From assembly GCA_038230375.1 (NCBI GenBank), contig JBBRNJ010000094.1, positions 1 to 31,422 on the forward strand: 31,422 nt of DNA, given 5' to 3'. Under the pieces are notes generated by a model. That model was given only the letters and a program-made list of their open reading frames with translations, was not told the origin of the DNA and searched no databases. Below, piece by piece: positions 26,990-31,422 of the stretch. The DNA comes from Polyangiales bacterium (GTDB taxonomy: Bacteria; Myxococcota_A; Polyangia; Polyangiales; Polyangiaceae). Every line of letters begins with the position of its first letter. Position 1 is the stretch's first letter. A program made the translations under genes and the position numbers.

Positions 26990-28018
26990 ATGCCGATCGA
27001 TCTTCGCAGTGACACCGTCACGAAGCCGAGCGAGGGTATGCGCGACGCCATCGCCCGCGCCGAGGTCGGCGACGACATGTTCGGTGAGGATCCCTCCGTC
27101 CGGGCGCTCGAGGAACACACCGCGGAGCTGTTCGGAAAGGAGGCGGCGCTCTTCGTCACCTCCGGCACCATGGGCAACCAGCTCGCCATCGCATGCCAGA
27201 CGCGCCACGGTGATGAGGTGATCGTCGGCGAGGGCGCGCACCCGATCCACTTCGAGGCGGCTGCTGGCGCCGCGCTCTCCGGGGTGCAGTTCGCGGTGGC
27301 CGGCAAGGGTGGCACCTTCACCGCGGACGAGATGCGCGCGATGGTCCGCGGTCCGGAGCACTGGAATCCGCGCACGTCCCTCGTATGCGTGGAGAATACA
27401 CACAATCGCGCAGGCGGCCTGGTGTTCCCCCAGAGCGACGTCGAGGACATCGCGCGCATCGCGAAGTCGCTCGGCTTGCCGCTGCACCTGGACGGCGCAC
27501 GCATCTGGAACGCAAGCGTGCGGACGAAGATCGCGCTCGCCGCGCTCGCCGCGCCCGCGGACACCGTGAGCGTCTGTTACTCGAAGGGGCTGGGCGCGCC
27601 CGTGGGCAGTGCGCTCCTGGGCTCGCGCGAGCTCATCGTGCGTGCTCGCCGCCTCCGCAAGATGTGGGGTGGCGCGATGCGACAGGCGGGAATTCTCGCT
27701 GCCGCAGCGGCCTACGCGCTCGCGCACAACGTGGCGCGCCTCGCCGATGACCACGAGAACGCGCGTCTGTTCGCGGCGCGCTTGCGCGAGCACGGCGTGG
27801 CTGCCGCGGAGCCGCAGACGAACATCGTCATGGTGGACGTGGCCGGAGGCGCGTCGGAGATCGTCGCTGAGGCGCGCAAGGCCGGTGTGCTGGTGAACCC
27901 TGGATCGAGCACGCGCATGCGCGCGGTGTTCCACCTGGACGTGGTCGCGTCCGAGGCGGTGCGTGCGGCGGATCTCCTCGCAGGCGCGATCGCGAGCATT
28001 GCAAAGGGCAACGCGTGA
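26990..28018 (+). CDS. ltaE: Low-specificity L-threonine aldolase
   Basis: IDLRSDTVTKP, VGDDMFGEDP, SGTMGNQ, ENTHN, HLDGARIWNA, SKGLGAPVGS and GGAMRQAG motifs. Confidence 0.95.
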   Translation: MPIDLRSDTVTKPSEGMRDAIARAEVGDDMFGEDPSVRALEEHTAELFGKEAALFVTSGTMGNQLAIACQTRHGDEVIVGEGAHPIHFEAAAGAALSGVQFAVAGKGGTFTADEMRAMVRGPEHWNPRTSLVCVENTHNRAGGLVFPQSDVEDIARIAKSLGLPLHLDGARIWNASVRTKIALAALAAPADTVSVCYSKGLGAPVGSALLGSRELIVRARRLRKMWGGAMRQAGILAAAAAYALAHNVARLADDHENARLFAARLREHGVAAAEPQTNIVMVDVAGGASEIVAEARKAGVLVNPGSSTRMRAVFHLDVVASEAVRAADLLAGAIASIAKGNA

Positions 28019-29163
28019 CGGGCCGGCTCACACATCCGCTGCGAGAAGCGGCGCGCGCGCTGGTGCTCGCTTCCATCGTGGTCGGTGCATCGGCATGCGC
28101 GGACGGGCGAAGCAACAGCTACCTCCGCGCGTTCGCCGAGGGTGAGCGCGCGCAGACCGCGGGTCGCTACGACGAGGCCGCCGCGAGGTACATGTCCGCT
28201 TCGGATGTCGCGAACTGGCCGCGCGACAGGGAGTACTCGCGGTACCTGTCCGGGTTGATGAAGATCGAGGCGAAGGACGTCCAGGGCGGCATCGAGATCC
28301 TGACGCCCATCGCGAAGGCGAACACCGCGTACTCCGCGATGGCCGCGTACAAACTCGCGGACCTGGAGGTCACGCGCGGGGACGCCGCGCACGGCTACCA
28401 GATGGTGGCGGAGATCCCGCTCGCCTTCCCGGACCACGGCATGGGCCGCGTGGCACTCACACGCACCGTTCGCCACCTTCACGAGACGCAGGGCGCAGAG
28501 GGCGCCCTCGCGTGGCTCGACTCCGTGAAGGACAAGCTCGGGACGACCGGCGCAGGCGAGACCGCATACTACGAGCGCGGGAAGCTCCTCTCGGAGCTCG
28601 GACGCACGAAGGAGGCGCGCGACTCGTTCGTGCACATCGCAGACGTCTGGAAGTACCCGCGCGGCGCGTTCCTGGACGACGCGCTCTACCTGGCCAGCTT
28701 CGAGGACGACAAGCTGGGCGATCCGGACGCCGCCATCAAAGACCTTCGCCGCCTCCTCGCCGATCGGGAGGTCGCCTGGCTCTACGGCAGCGCGCAGCGC
28801 CCGAAATATGCAGCGTCGCTCTTCCGCATCGCCGTCCTCTACGACGAGAAGAAGAAGGACCACGCGCACGCGCGCGAGGCGCTCCATGAGCTCTACACGG
28901 AGCACGTCACGTCGCCCCTGCGCGACGACGCGCTCTTCTACGAGGCAAAGCTCTGGGAACGAGACGGTGACCACGGCCGCGCGTGTGACACGCTCAAGAC
29001 CCTGGTCGAGAAGCTCGAGGACTCGAAGTTCGTGCCGTGCGCCGAGGCGCAGTGCGGCCTCAAGCGCGAGGCGAAGAGCAAGGCACCGAAGATCTGCCGC
29101 GAGCCTGACACCACCAAGCCGCCCGCGGAGGGCGACGGCCCGAAAGCGAGCGCCACGCCATGA
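28015..29163 (+). CDS. TPR-repeat lipoprotein
   Basis: Signal ending GASAC and repeated TPR-like helices (YPRGAFLDDALY, SPLRDDALF). Start overlaps the ltaE stop (GTGA). Confidence 0.8.
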   Translation: MTGRLTHPLREAARALVLASIVVGASACADGRSNSYLRAFAEGERAQTAGRYDEAAARYMSASDVANWPRDREYSRYLSGLMKIEAKDVQGGIEILTPIAKANTAYSAMAAYKLADLEVTRGDAAHGYQMVAEIPLAFPDHGMGRVALTRTVRHLHETQGAEGALAWLDSVKDKLGTTGAGETAYYERGKLLSELGRTKEARDSFVHIADVWKYPRGAFLDDALYLASFEDDKLGDPDAAIKDLRRLLADREVAWLYGSAQRPKYAASLFRIAVLYDEKKKDHAHAREALHELYTEHVTSPLRDDALFYEAKLWERDGDHGRACDTLKTLVEKLEDSKFVPCAEAQCGLKREAKSKAPKICREPDTTKPPAEGDGPKASATP

Positions 29164-29711
29164 CGAACGGTTGTCCGCGATGTGGTTCGCCGCTCGTTGC
29201 GCTCCAGGCTGGTGCGTTCACCCTGGATGCCTGCCGCGCGTGCGCTGGCGTGTTCGCGCCCAACGCCGCTGCAGCGCACCTGGCCCAGAAGCTGGACGAG
29301 CAGATGGCGGCTGGAGTCAGCCAGATCTCCGCGACGTCAACGGACATGAGCGCGATGCCGGACGCGGGCCCACAGCTCCCTTGCCCGATCTGCAATGCAC
29401 CCATGGAGCGCGTCGTGGCGTCCGAGACGTCGCTCGATACGTGCACCATGCACGGAACGTGGTTCGACGCGTGGGAGCTCGAGCGCGTGATGCGGGCGCG
29501 TGCGGCAGGGTCCGCCGGCAAGCCGGCCATGCAGCCGCAACCGGAGCCGGCTGCGCAGTACTCCTACGGGACCGCCGCGAACGTCGCGTCCGGCGTGAGC
29601 GAAGGTGTGGGCATGGCCGCCGTCGAGGTCGTCGGGGACGTGGTCGAAAGCGGTGCCGCAGAGCTGGCGGTCGAAGGCGTCTTCGCCATCATCATCGCCA
29701 TCTTCGATTGA
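29160..29711 (+). CDS. Tandem zf-TFIIB zinc-ribbon protein
   Basis: CPRC...DACRACAGVF and CPIC...DTCTMHGTWFDAWEL, with a hydrophobic C-terminal tail. ATGA overlap with the upstream gene. Confidence 0.8.
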   Translation: MTNGCPRCGSPLVALQAGAFTLDACRACAGVFAPNAAAAHLAQKLDEQMAAGVSQISATSTDMSAMPDAGPQLPCPICNAPMERVVASETSLDTCTMHGTWFDAWELERVMRARAAGSAGKPAMQPQPEPAAQYSYGTAANVASGVSEGVGMAAVEVVGDVVESGAAELAVEGVFAIIIAIFD

Positions 29712-29723
29712 GCCGCGGCCGTT

Positions 29724-30131
29724 TCAGGGCCCTTCTTCCTCTTCTTCTTCGTCCAGGTCTTCGTCGAGGTCGTCGTCGTCCTCGTCGTCGAAGTCGTCTT
29801 CTTCGACCTCTTCCTTCTCGCCTTCGGCGGCCTCCTCGTCGTCGGCCGCGCTCTTCTTCTCGAACTTGACGTCCACGCCAACGTCGCCGAGCTGCGCATC
29901 CAATAACTCGAAGAGCTCGTCCACGTCGTCGCCGGACCACTCGTCGAGCATGTCCGTGAGGAACTCGAAGAAGTCGCCGCTGTCGAGCCGTCGCTCGATC
30001 TCTTCGACCTGCTCCTCCGTGAACGCCTCCAGGATGTCCTCGCGCAGGGTCTCGGTGTCCCCCTCTTCGATCGCATCTTGCGCCGAGAGACGGATTTGTT
30101 TCACCGCGCGCTTGTCGAGAAAGATCTCCAT
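29724..30131 (-). CDS. Highly acidic hypothetical protein (135 aa)
   Basis: MEIFLDKRA... with a strong D/E bias and a poly-acidic tail. A perfect TTGACA lies upstream (30182-30187) without a clean -10. Confidence 0.8.
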   Translation of the reverse strand: MEIFLDKRAVKQIRLSAQDAIEEGDTETLREDILEAFTEEQVEEIERRLDSGDFFEFLTDMLDEWSGDDVDELFELLDAQLGDVGVDVKFEKKSAADDEEAAEGEKEEVEEDDFDDEDDDDLDEDLDEEEEEEGP

Positions 30132-30294
30132 CGTGAACTCCGAGCCTGTTCTCTCTCGAATTACGTAAATCGGGATCCCCTTGTCAACATCCGACTTGCC
30201 GTCGAATGCGAATCCCCTCAGCTGATGCTCAAGTGAGGCACCTTCCCACCCCTGTGGCAGGTCGCGGAGTGCCCGTCGTGATATCCTGGTCGTC

Positions 30295-31008
30295 ATGGGT
30301 TGGTTGCGTACGATCCGCCACGCAGCGCTCGGAGCGTGTTTCGTCGCGCCCCTTGCGGCTCCCCGCGCTGCGTCCGCGCAGGCGGAGCCCGATCAGGCCG
30401 CCGCCGATACGATCGTGGATGGGACGGGCGCGGCCCGGCGACTCGCGGAGAAGATCGTGGCGCCCCCACCGCTCCCGCTCTCCCAGCGTCCCGTGCTCCA
30501 GTACGGCGTCGCGATCACGAACGAGTTCGTCGCGTCGGCGGGCAATATCTGCGGAAGCGCACCAAGTGCACCCTGCATCTTCGGCTCGGGCGGCGGGCTG
30601 GCCGTGCGTGTCGGCGTCCGCACGCGCGGCACGTACTACCTGGGTGGCTCGTACGAGGTCTCCAAGCTGGACCCGAGTCAGCTCTACCGCCTGGCCACGT
30701 GGCAGCAGCTTCGCTTCGAGGGGCGTTACTACATCGCCACGGGACTCATCACGGAGCCGTACTTGGTGGGCGCGCTCGGCGCCTCCGCATACGGCAACGA
30801 GTGGGGCATCGACACGTTCGGGCCCACGGCGAGCCTCGGCGGCGGCGTCGAGTTCCAGGTGTCACCGACGACGACGCTCGGCCTCGCGCTCACCTACCGC
30901 GCTGTCTACTTCACGAAGTTCACCGACTCCGCTGGCACCTCGCGCGACCCAGGACTTGCACATGTCGTGGCGCTCGACTTTTCGCTCGAGGGCCGAGACC
31001 CGTTGTGA
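30295..31008 (+). CDS. Exported protein, probable outer-membrane beta-barrel
   Basis: Signal peptide (AASA-Q) and alternating amphipathic strands (LRFEGRYY, EPYLVGALG, LGGGVEFQVS, LGLALTYR). Confidence 0.75.
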   Translation: MGWLRTIRHAALGACFVAPLAAPRAASAQAEPDQAAADTIVDGTGAARRLAEKIVAPPPLPLSQRPVLQYGVAITNEFVASAGNICGSAPSAPCIFGSGGGLAVRVGVRTRGTYYLGGSYEVSKLDPSQLYRLATWQQLRFEGRYYIATGLITEPYLVGALGASAYGNEWGIDTFGPTASLGGGVEFQVSPTTTLGLALTYRAVYFTKFTDSAGTSRDPGLAHVVALDFSLEGRDPL

Positions 31009-31054
31009 AGTCCCTCGACACCGCGCGCGACTTCGTGTCCCATGGGGAATCTCA

Positions 31055-31422
31055 GTGATTTGCACGACGTGCGGTCAAAACAACCCCGATGAGCTGGTCT
31101 TCTGCCAGGAGTGCGGGCAGCGGTTGAAGCCCCGTGTTGCCCCGCCCACCCCGCCGATCGGGCTTGGTCCGGGCGGCGTGCCGCTCGGAATGCCATCGTC
31201 ATTCTCGCCGCACGCATCCACTGGCTACTCGCAAGGGCCGTCCAATTTCGGCCCTCCTCCGCCCGCGCCCGCGCCCGCTCCGCACTACGTGCCGCATGTC
31301 CCGCAGCATGTACTGCAGCATGTCCCGCCCCATGTCCCGCCCCATGTCCCGCCCCATGTCCCGCCCCATGTCCCGCCCCATGTCCCGCCCCATGTCCCGC
31401 CCCATGTCCCGCCCCATGTCCC
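31055..31422 (+). CDS. Zinc-ribbon protein with Pro-rich linker, 3' partial (not in the ORF track)
   Basis: GTG 31055 opens (M)ICTTCGQNNPDELVFCQECGQRLKP..., a CxxC-x10-CxxC ribbon. Pro-rich sequence and HVPP repeats follow, with no stop before the window end. Confidence 0.8.
   Translation, partial: MICTTCGQNNPDELVFCQECGQRLKPRVAPPTPPIGLGPGGVPLGMPSSFSPHASTGYSQGPSNFGPPPPAPAPAPHYVPHVPQHVLQHVPPHVPPHVPPHVPPHVPPHVPPHVPPHVPPHV
31295..31422 (+). repeat. 12-bp tandem repeat CATGTCCCGCCC (encodes HVPP)
   Basis: Two degenerate copies (31295-31318), then more than 8 perfect copies running off the window end. Confidence 0.95.

Noticed and set aside
26681..27934. 417-aa minus-strand ORF containing DLDLDPDPD
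   Set aside because: Antisense shadow of ltaE plus the hexamer array.

Overview
A high-GC bacterial chromosomal segment, probably from a myxobacterium (Myxococcota, Polyangiales-like). This is inferred from the two membrane Ser/Thr kinases, MYXO-CTERM-like tails, DUF2330 proteins and a TPR/PEGA-type protein. It holds about 28 CDS, one tRNA-Thr(CGT), and no integrase, transposase or CRISPR array. The best candidate for an undescribed system is a three-gene RiPP-type locus (13510-15618, minus strand). It encodes a DUF692/MNIO enzyme, its DUF2063/HvfC-like partner, and a 148-aa precursor with a lipoprotein lipobox and two QMSCGA-containing Cys clusters separated by a long Ala/Pro/Thr spacer. An ECF-type promoter motif lies upstream. 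Other points of interest are: a beta-propeller/vanadium-haloperoxidase lipoprotein fusion; three tandem, mosaic DUF2330 surface proteins, two with identically spaced sigma54 motifs; two oppositely oriented CGACYY hexamer arrays; many apparently leaderless genes; and a zinc-ribbon gene absent from the ORF track that runs off the window end in an (HVPP)n repeat. All family assignments come from motif recognition by eye, not from database searches.
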